In this document: positions 37,146-51,521 of the stretch, piece after piece
Layout of the letters: every line of letters begins with the position of its first letter
Numbering within the stretch: the stretch's first letter is position 1
Origin: Macrostomum lignano
Taxonomy: Eukaryota
Direction of reading: 5' to 3'
DNA: 58,622 nt
Assembly: GCA_002269645.1 (NCBI GenBank)
Contig: NIVC01004133.1
Span: 1 to 58,622 of the forward strand
Position numbers and translations under genes: made by a program
The notes under the pieces: generated by a model
Database searches by the model: none
The model's input: the letters and a program-made list of their open reading frames with translations, nothing else
What the model was told of the DNA's origin: nothing

Positions 37146-37849
37146 CCTGTCAATACAGGTACTGGTTACAACTTATAATTTTTCGTCAGGCAAACTGACA
37201 AAGCTTAGAGCAAACCGTATTTGAAACTATAGTTATTCGATGGTGATTTCAGGCATTAATGCATAGGTAAATATAAATTCTGGCCACTTGGCAAGCGGTA
37301 GGTTTCAAAATATATTCGGCCATCTAATGAGTAGAAACCTAGAAAAGTTTCTGTATAATTGAAAACCAATCAGTCGATAAATATATGCATAGTATATATA
37401 ATGTGACATCGCTAAAATCTTTGGTACATGGAATGCGGACAGCAACTGATTTTTTAGTTTCTTAAAAATATCAGATATAATATTTCAGGCGCACACACGT
37501 AAATAGGCAAATATTTATATGAAATGAAGAGATTGAGCTGACAAAACGAGAGGCAGATGGTTATTAGAACAGTGTCAGTGTACATTGAATGTTCATTGGG
37601 GATAGGGAGAAGAGACAGTGAAAGCATCCCATCCAATCAGGGGCTTTTTATCTAATCTATTTACTGTACTTTTGTAATAGAAATTTTCTCTAACGACATT
37701 TCTTGAAAAACCTGAGAGACACACCAGTGCTCAGATGAGAAAACGTACAGTCAACGTCGAAATATTCGTAATCATGTAATTGTTCTTGTCAGTGAAATTG
37801 ATAAACAAACTGATGGAGAATCCCCCATTTGCTGCCACAACTGAACAGA

Positions 37850-38200
37850 TCTTGGCTATAGACAATAAAACTACTCTTGGCCATAGACAATAAAACTACT
37901 CTTGGCCATAGACAATAAAACTACTCTTGGCCATAGACAATAAATCTGCTCTTGGCCATAGACAATAAATCTGTTCTTGGCCATAGACAATAAATCTGCT
38001 CTTGGCCATAGACAATAAAACTACTCTTGACCATAGACAATAAATCTGCTCTTGGCCATAGACAACAAATCTGCTCTTGGCCATAGACAATAAATCTGCT
38101 CTTGGCCATAGACAACAAATCTGCTCTTGGCCATAGACAATAAATCTGCTCTTGGCCATAGACAATAAATCTGTTCTTGGCCATAGACAATAAAACTAGA
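37850..38200. repeat. 25-bp minisatellite (CTCTTGGCCATAGACAATAAATCTG)n
   Basis: Tandem array downstream of the calmodulin-like gene. Confidence 0.9.
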
Positions 38201-38390
38201 TTCGTAATTTCCCATTCGAGCACTGAGACAGACCCAGTTAATTAGTATTTGATGGATTGATGGCTGGATTTGAGCTGCAGAGTCCAGTTTCATTCCGCTG
38301 GGTATAGAACTACTCGTATTTTAAAAAGAGTTCACACATTGAATACGTAATGAGGCTTTGTTCAGCTCCATAGAAGGAGATCTGGGCGGC

Positions 38391-38699
38391 TCACATCCCA
38401 AGGGCGTCAAGCAGGCGCCGGAACTCGGAGAAGTCGATGAACCCATCCCGGTTGGTGTCGGCGTGGCGGATCATCTGGCGGACGTCCTCCTCGGAGATCT
38501 CCTCACCCAAGCTGCTCATGACGCTCTTGAGCTCCTCTGGGCTGATGAAGCCGTCACCGTTCTTGTCGAAGGCTTTGAACAGCTCTTGAAGGTCCTCGGT
38601 GCTGGCCGCCTGGCTGCCGCTACGGTTTTCCATCATGCTGATGAACTCCTCGAATTCGATGGTGCCGTTGCCATCCAAGTCGACGTCCTTGATCATGTC
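38391..38699 (-). CDS. Calmodulin-like protein, exon 2 (EF-hands 2-4)
   Basis: CTCCAG|GAC, phase 0. EF loops DLDGNGTIEFEE, DKNGDGFISPEE, DTNRDGFIDFSE. Stop at 38391-38393. Confidence 0.95.
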   Translation of the reverse strand, partial: DMIKDVDLDGNGTIEFEEFISMMENRSGSQAASTEDLQELFKAFDKNGDGFISPEELKSVMSSLGEEISEEDVRQMIRHADTNRDGFIDFSEFRRLLDALGM

Positions 38700-39614
38700 C
38701 TGGAGGGTTGAAGGTTGATCTAGCTGACATAGTGGCTGCTTCTATCTATCTAGGTATGTGACTGATTTCAGAATAACAGCTTGCAGCTAAAAAAAGAATT
38801 TCGACATAAAATACGCATATGAGAGTTGCTGTGATGTCAAGGCTGATAGGGGGGAATTGCTGTAATGCTGTGGCTCAAGGCTCATGTTAGGAAGTGCGGA
38901 AAGTTCAAGGTTCATGTGGGGAATTGCTGAGATGCCGAGGGTCAATTCAGAGTCAGTGACTGTACAATGTCAGAATCTACGTGTAATTTATTAAAAAATA
39001 TTTCTTTCTTTCTTTCTTGCCTCCAAAATCAATACCGGTTGATGACGTAATCTTGAAAGTGATCCTTAAAGCTTAAGTACAAAATAAATTTCAATTCATT
39101 GCCACTGATACCGTCCAAGGAAGAGCATTGAGAAGCTTTTTCAGTTAATCTAATAAGACTAATAAAACGGTCATTCACAAGTTTCTAATCAAAGCAAGTC
39201 ATAGTCTATGGTCGATGATGCGCTTTAACTCACTCTCACTTGCATCCAATCACTGAAACTTAGTAAATGGTTGCTAGAATAACTACGCTCGTATATGGAG
39301 ATGGAATTGAGACAATTAGCTATAAAGCGATGAAAACGAAAAAGGGCATGTTTGAGCGAGATACTCTATGTCGACATTTATAAGGTGAATGAAAGCGTAC
39401 AATACACGATTGAGCGTAATATGGGGTGGGACGATCAGAAAGAGTGAAAGTGGTGCGATCAATAATTTGGGACTGTACGTACGAGCAAGATAAATATGCT
39501 AACCCCTAATTGAGCGTACATTTAGCTATTGCAAACGTAAAAGTACAAGAAATACGGTGATACAGTGGCAGCTCAAGAACATCTATTGTCAAACGTCTAA
39601 GCGGTACGCAATGA

Positions 39615-39785
39615 TAGATTGTGTCTATGGTTTTGGAGGCAGACAATGATAGATTGTGTCTATGGTCTTGGAGGCAGACAATGATAGATTGTGTCTATGG
39701 TCTTGGAGGCAGACAATGGTAGATTGTGTCTATGGTTTTGGAGGCAGACATGGTAGATTGTGTCTATGGTTTTGGAGGCAGACAA
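39615..39785. repeat. ~35-bp minisatellite (TAGATTGTGTCTATGGTCTTGGAGGCAGACAATGA)n
   Basis: About 5 units in the calmodulin-like intron. Confidence 0.85.
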
Positions 39786-39891
39786 TATAGTTGATGCTAC
39801 AAGTGAGTAAAATACGACAGAATCTACGACAAAATATTGTTTAAATTCTTCAAACCACAAGATATTTCAGACATAAGCATTTAACCAATAC

Positions 39892-40047
39892 CTTAATCTC
39901 CTCTTTGCTGGGTTCCTGGCCGAGATTCCGCATCACCGTGGCGAGCTCCTTGGCTGAGATTCGGCCGTCTCCGTTTTTGTCGAACATTTTAAAGGCCTCC
40001 GTGTACTCGTTGATTTGAGTCGGAGTCAGTTTGTGTCGCTGTGACAT
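39892..40047 (-). CDS. Calmodulin-like protein, exon 1 (EF-hand 1)
   Basis: MSQRHKLTPTQINEYTEAFKMFDKNGDGRISAKELATVMRNLGQEPSKEEIK, donor AAG|GTATTG. Spliced product is 154 aa. Confidence 0.95.
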
Positions 40048-40331
40048 GATTGAGGCCGGCTTTTGAAAGCTTTAAGATTGAAGGAATTGTGACAGGCTGA
40101 ACCGTTGGTTATCCAGAGCTGGGACAGAGCCGCAGGCGGGCAATGCTATAAAATAAATAAGGTGAGAAGCGAAACCAGGTAACGACAAGTTTCAATCTGG
40201 CACAATGAGACACGACAGATAGACAAACAGAATAAGAGAAAGAAAAGAGAAGGGAGCACAAGCTCTGGCTACTAGCTATAGTTTTGAGCAGTTGGTGTTT
40301 GTTTTGTACATTAAATAATAAATGTACGGTG

Positions 40332-40431
<100 letters not shown>

Positions 40432-41459
40432 GTCCAGGGGTAGAAAGAACTTGCCGGCATTGTGTTGACTGCTGCCTACAAAGATGCTCACCATTATGCT
40501 ATTTGAGACAGAACAGCAGAGTACAGCAGTGTGAAGTGTCCACACTGCTATGCACAGATATGGGGTGAAACGACAGGCTTGCGCAAAAACACCATTAGCT
40601 ATTGTTCTTTGCACAGTCGCATTAATTGTGCTCAAAGTGGGGAGGGGGCCGGGGGTTGAGATAGAGAAACTCAACAACTGAGTAGCTAACAAACGAAACT
40701 CGAACCTAGAGCTCCGAAAAAAATGCAAGGAGCTCGTGTGACGTCGACTGGATCCTAAAATTAGAACAGGTATTCGTTTTTAAACAGTTTTTTCAAAGCC
40801 TTATTTGCCAGTTAGAGAGCGACAATCGTCTTTGGTCAACAGTAAATCAAGTTTTGCATTCTGTTTGGACAGTTTACGTGACCATAGCATAGAGAGCAGT
40901 TAACTTTAGCATTCAAACTGAGCAACTTCTTAACTTTTTAACATACTTTCAAATTTTTAAATATTCCAACTATGCATGACGTTGTCTAAAAAGGCGATTT
41001 TTTATGTTAAATTGGTTTTGTCATTATTATAAACGTTTTTTCAAGTGACAGACCAATTTAACATGAAAAATCGATTAATGAGTCGTTAGAGCAGCTTGTT
41101 GGCACAAAATAGTGTAATTAGGACTTTCTCTGTCACTGTTAAGAGACCCAATCACTGTTTTAGTGTTGAAAATCGTGAAATTTCCTATCTCCGTATTGTA
41201 TTTTTCCGGTGAAACCTGCCTTTAAAACTATTTCTGAACAAAAAGCTTTATGAATATCGATAGAGCAATAAGAAAGACACAACATATCACAAGATGAACA
41301 CTGGATCTGCCTCCTATCAAAAGCAAAAACAATTTTTGTGCTGAAAAAATCAAAACCTCCTATCTCTGTAGTGTATTTTTCGGCGAAAAGTTGCCTTCAA
41401 AACATTTACCATTGATTTCGAGTTTTGCGTCCCATATATATGTTACTTGAGTAGTCCTT

Positions 41460-41725
41460 GTGCTATCTATGGTCACGTGATGCTAGCTTTCCACTAGCGC
41501 ACAGGCCCTATACGAATTGGACGCAAAAGTTAACTGCTATCTATGGTCACGTGATGCTAGCTTTCCACTAGCGCACAGGCCCTATACGAATTGGACGCAA
41601 AAGTTAACTGCTATCTATGGTCACGTGATGCTAGCTTTCCACTAGCGCACAGGCCCTATACGAATTGGACGCAAAAGTTAACTGCTATCTATGGTCACGT
41701 GACGCTAGCTTTCCACTAGCGCACA
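41460..41725. repeat. 74-bp tandem repeat, ~3.5 copies
   Basis: TGCTATCTATGGTCACGTGA... starts at 41461, 41535, 41609 and 41683. Confidence 0.9.
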
Positions 41726-42607
41726 AGACCCAAATGAAATGCAAAATGATGGCTCTAACTACTTTAGGTTTAAGGCAATATACGAGCTTCGGAGCGATGG
41801 TATCACAGAAAGATAGTTAAGAAACAAGTATAAAGATGTGGTGGTAAAAGTACAATCTCACCTGGGCTCTTTTCTCCAGATTTCTCTGCTCTCTCTACCC
41901 CTCTCTCTCTCTTTCTCTCTGGATGTCATAGACAACACAATAGGCAGAAGTAATAGAGAAAGATGAGAATTAAGCAAAGAAACGAGTGTATGTTTGTATC
42001 TGTGTAAGCTAGCTAGTTGAGTGTAAGTGACAGGTAGAGTTGCATGAACCTCTGGATACCTGATTCGAAACGGGACCAGTGGCTCATTTGGAAATGAGAA
42101 ACATTAATAAGCAACACGATGCATGCGTCCTGTTTAATATTTGAAATTTGTTAAAGATTTAAAATAAAACATTCTGTACTGGTTACAAGTCCGTTCCCGT
42201 TTCCAAACCGGCTGTTTCAAACGTCCATGGCTAGGAGACAACTTGAGCTGGAGCAAACAGAAACAAATTTAAAAGGCTTGACCAGTTCTTGCAACTGTTC
42301 TCTATCCAAGCATATAATAATAATAAGTAAAATGTCACACGAAACAGCTGACAAAAGTTTTTTGTCGTTCATTCCTGTTTCGTTTTAGCCAAGACTAATT
42401 GGTTACCTGCTTTTCATCTTGCTGTTGTGTTTGACAGGCTTCTACAGATCAAACTAACGGCTCCCGATAATTGCAGCTGTGTTCCTGCATCGAATAGCTT
42501 TAGGAGATGACAGCATGTGCTGTGAAACTCTACCGATGACTGATTGGCCACAGCAGCCGAGCTGCCCGCGGCCAGGCTGACGAGGGATCGTTTCACAGGC
42601 TCCAAGT

Positions 42608-43730
<1,123 letters not shown>

Positions 43731-44219
43731 GGTATAAAGAGCCGGTCACGAAGGAGTTGCAGGTGCAAAGCTGCCCGGTTCGGTAATGCCCCCCCCAATT
43801 GCTTACGTGCGGCGCTTCATCTCCTCTCGCTATTCGAGGTCCGCTTCACCTGTGCACTTTTTTGTCTCCTCTCCCCCCGCAAGCCAGTCCAGTTAGCAGT
43901 TGCCCGTTCATCAAGGCTGGACCTGCTGTATCCCACAACAGCCCGCCAATCTTCTTGCCCTGCCTTCCCCAATGCGAACCGTTCACTTCAGCCGATAACA
44001 AAGTGAAAAGTTTGCGCAGGTGAACCGCGAGCTACGCAGGTGGATTCTAGCCTTACCTGAGCTTAGTTAATGCAGCCTTGGAACGCTGGTTCTCGGACGC
44101 AAAAGCTTTCAGCCCTGATTCAGTTTGCAAGACTGCTTACTTCACACTGGAGTACTTTGAATATTTTTCAGCAAATTGTCTTCTTCGTTGCAGGCCTGAC
44201 CTGACCTGCTGACTTCTAA

Positions 44220-44900
44220 TCAGCAGTCAGCAGTCAGCAGTCAGCATTCAGCAGTCAGCAATCAGCAGTCAGCAGTCAGCAGTCAGCATTCAGCAGTCAG
44301 CAATCAGCAGTCAGCAGTCAGCAGTCAGCAGTCAGCAGTCAGCAGTCAGCAGTCAGCAGTCAGCAGTCAGCATTCAGCAGTCAGCAATCAGCAATCAGCA
44401 GTCAGCAATCAGCAGTCAGCAATCAGCAGTCAGCAATCAGCAGTCAGCAGTCAGCAATCAGCAGTCAGCAGTCAGCAGTCAGCAGTCAGCAGTCAGCAGT
44501 CAGCAGTCAGCATTTAGCAGTCAGCAGTCAGCAATCAGCAATCAGCAGTCAGCAGTCAGCAATCAGCAGTCAGCAATCAGCAGTCAGCAATCAGCAGTCA
44601 GCAGTCAGCAATCAGCAGTCAGCAGTCAGCAGTCAGCAGTCAGCAATCAGCAGTCAGCAATCAGCAGTCACCAGTCAGCAGTCAGCAGTCAGCATTTAGC
44701 AGTCAGCAGTCAGCAATCAGCAGTCAGCAATCAGCAGTCAGCAGTCAGCAGTCAGCAGTCAGCAGTCTGTAATCAGCAGTCAGCAGTCAGCAGTCAGCAG
44801 TCAGCAATCAGCAGTCAGCAGTCAGCAGTCAGCAGTCAGCAGTCAGCAGTCAGCATTCAGCAGTCAGCAGTCAGCAGTCAGCAATCAGCATTCAGCATTC
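44220..44900. repeat. 7-bp satellite (CAGCAGT)n
   Basis: Tandem array ending ~10 bp before the ATG at 44910. Confidence 0.95.
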
Positions 44901-44909
44901 AGCGGCACC

Positions 44910-45190
44910 ATGCTGTCAGCAGCCGGTGTGAACAGTGGCGCCGGCCGTCTCAGAGACTGCTGGTACACCAGCGGCGGCGGCGCGGTCAGATTCTACCCGA
45001 TGGACCCGCCGACGATGTCCAACAGGCGGTCCGTCCGCTACCTGCACAAGTTCCGCTTTGGTGACACCTACCAGCTGAAGAGTCGCAGCTGGTTGCTGCC
45101 GCAGTTTCTCAGCGGCGCGCTGACCATGTGCGGAGTGATCTTCACCTTGGTGGGCATCATCTGCCTGCAGATTAATAAATACCTGCGCAG
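44910..45190 (+). CDS. Orphan two-TM membrane protein, exon 1
   Basis: CACC-ATG context, GC3-rich codons, TM1 FLSGALTMCGVIFTLVGIICL, donor AG|GTAAGT (phase 2). Confidence 0.75.
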
Positions 45191-45224
45191 GTAAGTTAAG
45201 AGCTACATGTACTTTCCGGCACAC

Positions 45225-46075
45225 CTCATACTGCTCCCCTTCTGACACACCTCAAACTGCTCCCCCTCTGACACACCTTAAACTGTTCTCCCCTCTGACA
45301 CACCTCAAACTGCTCCCCCCTCTGACACACATCAAACTGCTCCCCCCTCTGACACACCTCAAAATGTTCTCCCCTCTGACACACCTCAAACTGCTCCCCC
45401 TCCGTCACACCTCATGCAGACTACTCCCCTTCTGACACACCTCAAACTGCTCTCCCCTCTGACACACCTTAAACTGTTCTCCCCTCTGACACACCTCAAA
45501 CTGCTCCCCCTCTGACACACCTCAAACTGCTCCCCCCTCTGACACACCTCAAACTGCTCCCCCTCTGACACACCTCATGCAGACTACTCCCCTTCTGACA
45601 CACCTCATGCAGACTACTCCCCTTCTAACACACCTCAAACTGCTCTCCCCTCTGACACACCTTAAACTGTTCTCCCCTCTGACACACCTCAAACTGCTCC
45701 CCCCTCTGACACACCTCAAACTGCTCCCCCTCTGACACACCTCAAACTGCTCCCCCTCTGACACACCTCATGCAGACTACTCCCATTCTGACACACCTCA
45801 TGCAGACTACTCCCCCTCCGACACACCTCAAACTGCTCCCCCTTTGACACACCTCAAACTGTTCTCCCTCTGACACACCTCAAACTGTTCCCCCTCTGAC
45901 ACACCTCAAACTGCTCCCCCTCTGACACACCTCAAACTTTTCTCCCTCTGACACACCTCAAACTGCCCTCCCCCTGACACACCTCAAACTGCTCCCCCTC
46001 TGACACACCTCAAACTGTTCCCCCTCTGACACACCTGAAACTGCCCTCCCTCTGACACACCTCACACTGCTCGAA
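45225..46075. repeat. ~26-bp minisatellite (CTGACACACCTCAAACTGCTCCCCCT)n
   Basis: Tandem array; intronic. Confidence 0.9.
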
Positions 46076-46270
46076 CCTCACCAAAAATTCCAGGTGTGAT
46101 TCAGACGATGGAATACACTGCAAAGACAATCAGGCAAAAATTAATAAGTAATTTCACACTATTTTTAACTTCATTTGTTCAAAGTATTTTCTTTTTTTTC
46201 AATTACAAGTAGTATCATAAGAATATTATTCGCATATTGTAATCCAAAATAAAAACGCGCAAAATTGCAG

Positions 46271-46385
46271 CGTCATGATGCCGATTGGAGTCGGGTCAAC
46301 TGGCGGAGGATTAACGCTAATCTTAATCTCCGGATTTATCTTCGTGCACGCCTTCTGCGTTATCTACGACGACACAGAGCACCAG
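46271..46385 (+). CDS. Orphan two-TM membrane protein, exon 2
   Basis: TTGCAG|C, phase 2 compatible. TM2 IGVGSTGGGLTLILISGFIFVHAFCVIY. Donor CAG|GTAGGT. Confidence 0.75.
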
Positions 46386-46459
46386 GTAGGTCCAGAGTTT
46401 TATACTAATTGGTGGAATGTGAAACCAGTTAAACAGTTTTTCCCTTCTGTGAGTTGCGT

Positions 46460-46935
46460 GAATTGCTATGGGAATGCCAAGCATGATCTCAACTGGTTGC
46501 TATGGGATTGCCGAACATGATCTCAACTGGTTGCTATGGCTTGCCGAACATTATCTCAACTGGTTGCTATGGCTTGCCGAACATTATCTCAACTGGTTGC
46601 TATGGCTTGCCGAACATTATCTCAACTGGTTGCTATGGCTTGCCGAACATTATCTCAACTGGTTGCTATGGGAATGCCAAGCATGATCTCAACTGGTTGC
46701 TATGGGATTGCCGAACATGATCTCAACTGGTTGCTATGGCTTGCCGAACATTGTCTCAACTGGTTGCTATGGGATTGCCGAACATTATCTCAACTGGTTG
46801 CTATGGGATTGCCAAACATGATCTCAACTGGTTGCTATGGGATTGCCGAACATAATCTCAAATGGTTGCTATGGGAATGCCGAGCATGATCTCAACTGGT
46901 TGCTATGGAAACAGTGAGCATGGTCTCATCTGGTC
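46460..46935. repeat. 33-34 bp minisatellite (ATCTCAACTGGTTGCTATGGCTTGCCGAACATT)n
   Basis: Tandem array; intronic. Confidence 0.9.
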
Positions 46936-47019
46936 GCTATGGTACTCTCGAACCAGATTTCGCCTGAATATCATAGAATAGCTACATGTAACGCACTTTA
47001 GTCAAGACCCACAATCCAG

Positions 47020-47427
47020 ATTGCATCACCACCTGTGGATTTGACCCCGCCCCGACAGGAAGAGGCCCAGCAAGGCGTCCTGCACATCCCCACCATGCTG
47101 AATCGCGACGCATTAGGCGACTCAGAAGAGGTCTTGCCACCGCCGCCGCCAACTACGGCCACCACGCCGCCGCCGCAGCTCGAGGTGCTGCCGTTAGAGT
47201 TACCGCCGCTAGGGACGCCACCGCAGGATGCGGACACGGACACGGATGAGGATGTGAAACCGGACACGGATGAGGATGTAAAACCGGACACGGATGAGGA
47301 TGTAAAACCGGACACGGATGCGGATGTAAAACCGGACACGGATGAGGATGCAAAACTGGACGCGGATGCGAGTGTGAATCAGGCACTGAATAGAAGCCAA
47401 AGCTTCTACGACAACTTGACAGATTGA
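47020..47427 (+). CDS. Orphan two-TM membrane protein, exon 3 (Pro-rich and acidic tail with DTDEDVKP repeats)
   Basis: ATCCAG|ATT, phase 0, in frame with ORF 47035-47427. Coding 24-bp repeat at ~47230-47370. Spliced product is 267 aa. Confidence 0.7.
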   Translation: MASPPVDLTPPRQEEAQQGVLHIPTMLNRDALGDSEEVLPPPPPTTATTPPPQLEVLPLELPPLGTPPQDADTDTDEDVKPDTDEDVKPDTDEDVKPDTDADVKPDTDEDAKLDADASVNQALNRSQSFYDNLTD

Positions 47428-47764
47428 TGTTTTTGCAGACATTGCTAGTTAAACTCTAAATTGGGAATCGCAAATAAAATATTTAATTATAGCCAGGTCT
47501 TAACTAAACAAACGGCAATACATTATACTAATTCTTTGCGAATAACTCTTTGAATTCGAAGCAAAACTTTCCAGGACAAAACGTTGCGGATAAGCAGATC
47601 AACACTGTATCCTGCGATCTCCCTGTCCCAGTAGATTTCTGTCCCGCAGTCTGATTCTCCACCGGGATGCTGCAGCAATCTGTCCGACCTCATAATGAGT
47701 GCATATACATGAGCGTGAGGCTATGGTTCTTATTAGCTAATTCTTTTTAAGCACGGAGCTCACT

Positions 47765-47837
<73 letters not shown>

Positions 47838-50128
47838 GGACCTGGATGGGCTGATGTTGGGCTGATCTGGAAGCTTACAGCTTACATAATTCCCATTATT
47901 AATTAGTGCCGTGAATGGCACGATCCAGCTCTGGTCGAGGCTGGGGGGGGGTTACAAAAAAGTCAATTTGCTCTGAGTCTGGCCGTGCAGAGTTGGATGA
48001 GTACCCTGCCTTTGCCTCGGATGTATCGCATGGCTAGACAAGACTACACGATCTGGTTTTTTAGAGTGAACTTGCCTACTTCACTGATTCCTTTTTTTGT
48101 TCAGCCACGTGAACTATAGTTTTATACCTTAGTTATACGAGTGTTACCTTTGTTTATTTGAGTCTGTCTTCATTAGCTTGATCAGATTGACTCGGTGAAA
48201 GAGCTCAGTAGTTTTCTGAGCTCAGCTCAGCTCAGGAAAACTACTCAGGAAATTTAACCCCGAACAAACAGCTGCAGGCACAGGAAGGTAAACCTCAAGG
48301 TCACGGGTTGACTTTGTACAGTGTTCCAAGCAGTAGCCTCAAAGCAACTTTTCATACCGATAAACGAAACGATGCGTCGCGTCGATGCTAGGCATAAAAT
48401 CAACTTTTCTTAGATAAGACTGATCGTACTCTTATGAATCCGGGTGTTGAGAGCAGTTCTTCAGACTCGGGGAACAATCTCGCTAACCTAATGAATTTAA
48501 AAAATGAAAACAGCTCAACTCGATCGCCTCCCGAGCTGTCCGGAGAGATTTGAGCTACCCGGTCGCTCATCCCTTCATCCTCAGCTTCCCGAATGTTGAC
48601 ACCAGTGCTAAAGCACTGTCCATTTAGTAGCAGAGTTGCCCCCATTTCCTATTTAATCTCCTCTTCTCGCCGTCCGTCCGTCCTCTGTTTTTTCACTGCC
48701 GATGGTTGTTGAACTTGGCTACCTTTCCTGCCCATAGCTTACTCCGACTGATGAGGGCAGCTGTACTCAGGCACTCCCCATCAACCCTTCTCCCAAGTGT
48801 GCGCTGCAACTCGCGAGCGGACTCAGTGGGGCGGAGGTGGCTCAGGCATGGCAAGGAAGGAGAGGACTGCCTTTGATGAAGATACTTCCAGTCTCTGGGT
48901 CGGATGGAAATTTCCCTCCTTTAGCCCACTCTCACCGACCGACCCCTCCCCTCACAGTGCAAACTGTCGACCTCCCATCGCCGCTCCCCATCATTCCTAA
49001 CAAACTTGGCCAATTCTGAGTCTCAGTCTCAGATCCCCTACCATCCCAATGGACTGGTGCACTCCCAGATTCACTGAGAGAGACGGACTTCTCTTCAGAC
49101 TCCGACTCATACTGGTGCGCTCAGTTCAAAACGCCCAGGCTCACAAGAGAGAGAGAGAGAGGAGAGAGCTTTGAGGATGGCTTGCACAGCAATCGAGGGT
49201 AGAGAGGAATGATGGAGCAGAGATGCTGACTGAGCACTAGCCAATCCGCGTCCCCGGGCTCTGTCGCTTTTTGCCATTCTCCCAGAAGCTCCAACCCTCT
49301 CCTGTTCCTCCCTCTCCTTCGCCCCGTGAGCCTCCGCCCCATCGACGCACGCAGAGTCCGTCAGCGAATTGCCTTTGCCGCACGCGGATAAGAAACCTCA
49401 AGCAATATAGTAAGGGAAAGAGGGTTAGAGAGGCCCAGACTCTCTTGAGAACTTATAGGCCGCGCAACGTTCTTCCTTCCTCATCAACGTTCAACGTTGG
49501 CCAACCGAAACTTTCTATAGCATCGGGTTTCAATTTCAGAGCGTGGAATAGTCGACCAAAGGCATCAGGCATGGGTGAGTTGGCAAACTTATAAAACCGA
49601 TATCCTTGAATGTTCTTAGTCAAGTCGATTTTAGCATGTCACGTTAACTAAGTTAGATAGAAGTCTCTGAATGTCTAGTGGCCTTTTTCTATGGCTTCCG
49701 CAAGCTTGTAGATGAAGCTGTTCTGGAAACAATACCAGAAGAGGTTTTTATGGACTGGACTGGATCACGGGCGAAAATGTCAGTTTGGCGCCTCGTAGCG
49801 CTCGCTTTTCAATGAGCACTGTCTAAGCCACTCTGCCTCTCTCTCAAAGCTTATGCAGCTCAATGTTGGCACGGTTTTGGGAAAATTCATCAATTATTTT
49901 TCACACAGGATGCAGCGGAAGGGTATAAGGTTGGGGATATTTATCCTCTGGGAAGCACAGCGGATACGGCAGCTTAAAAAGGCTGCCTGCAGCTTAAATT
50001 ATGCAGAGGCGCTGCCGGGGGAACTTACAGAGGGTATCTCAGTAGACAGACCTGGCTGCTTCAAGTCTTTCGCTTGATTCTGTTGCTGCTTCTCAAGCCG
50101 AGTCTACCCCCAACCCGCTGCAGCGGAC

Positions 50129-50652
50129 ATGTTCGGCTACTTTAAGCGTCGCTTCTCGTCGGGCGACCTGCAAGGCGAAGCTGCGGACAGCCGTCAACAG
50201 CAGCAGCAGCAGCAGCAGCAACGGCAGCAACAGCCGCAGCAGCAGCCGCACCAGAGCATCGCCGGCTTCTTCAGCAGCATCACGTCCGGCGGGCCGCCGT
50301 CGTCATCTGGACCGCGACCGCCGCCGGCGCCGAGCGCTGGCAACAGCGGCAGCTACGGCGGAGGTCCACCACGCCGCGGTCCGTATCCGAGCGCGCCAAC
50401 GTCGCCTTCAAAATCGGCGCCGTTGCAAGCGCCGCCCCAGCAGCAACAACAGTCGGGTGGTGGGGGCGGCGCAGCCGGCATGTTCTCAGCTAGCGGCGTG
50501 GCCAACCTAACCGGTCAGCTCTCCGGTGCCACCGGTGGCCTCACCGGTCAGATCAGCAACACTATTCAGCGTGGCATCTTTGCCGCCAATAGGAACTACA
50601 ATCCAGACCGGTGCAAGGTGCTGCTGGTTATTGATGAGCCGCACACTGACTG
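50129..50652 (+). CDS. SYN: Synapsin exon 1 (domains A and B, start of C)
   Basis: MFGYFKRRFSSGDL (invertebrate domain A, PKA/CaMK site 1) and CKVLLVIDEPHTDW. Donor TG|GTGAGC. Confidence 0.95.
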
Positions 50653-51005
50653 GTGAGCGGAGCTGGGAGCGCGGCTAGCATACCTTCAGGTGTACCCAAT
50701 CTCAGTTATTGTCTTCATTACGCTTCTTAGAAACTTGATTGGAGCTATTGAAGGAGAAGGATTTACGTAAGATCTGTGCAATATCACAAAAATACTGAAT
50801 ACATAGAGACGTCGGTAACAAAACAGAGGCAGCAGAGGTAAACGTGTCTGACTTTCGTGGCATAGTATCTAGGCTCAGCCACCACGTGCGCAGCCACTTC
50901 AATTAGGGGCTCGTATGATTCTTGACCACGAGGACCAATCTCCAAGACCTTCGTGCAAACTAACTAAACATGCACTAACCTCGTGTATTAATCTCAATTC
51001 AACAG

Positions 51006-51063
51006 GTCAAAGTACTTCAGGAGTCGCAAGATAATGACAGACTGGGACATCCGAGTTGAACAA
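51006..51063 (+). CDS. SYN: Synapsin exon 2
   Basis: AACAG|G; encodes (W)SKYFRSRKIMTDWDIRVEQ; donor CAA|GTGAGT. Confidence 0.95.
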
Positions 51064-51521
51064 GTGAGTTTGCTCGATCTTTGATGCATTTATTATACCT
51101 TTTACCGAGAATACTTTCTCTGAGAACTTAACATTTTTTGTCGCCGAATACGGCAAGGGTCCTAAGTATACAAGGATTTTTTATGACAGACGGTCCAACC
51201 TGAGACGGTCAATTAGGTCTCAAGTACAGAGTTTCACTTAGTAGACAGGTTGTTCAGAGTTGCTCAGAGACATGATTTATAAGTTTTGCTATACAGTTGG
51301 GTTCAATGGTTTTAGGAAACGTTTCTCAATACATGTACGCTCGTACTACAAGGAGTATTCGGGCAGTCAGTGTGCCAGAGTGCAGAAATACTAAATATCC
51401 TTGCCCAACTAACACGCAGCGAGTAAGATCCCGAAGAAATTGCAGCCCGGGACTGAGCTGACGGGCTCGGCCGGGCCGGAATAATAATGTTTTCTCTTTC
51501 CTGCCGTCAATTTCTTGGCAG

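Noticed and set aside
47830-49800. Unique-looking segment with broken coding-like frames on the minus strand
   Set aside because: No recognisable motif, termini or splice chain; may be a decayed retroelement.
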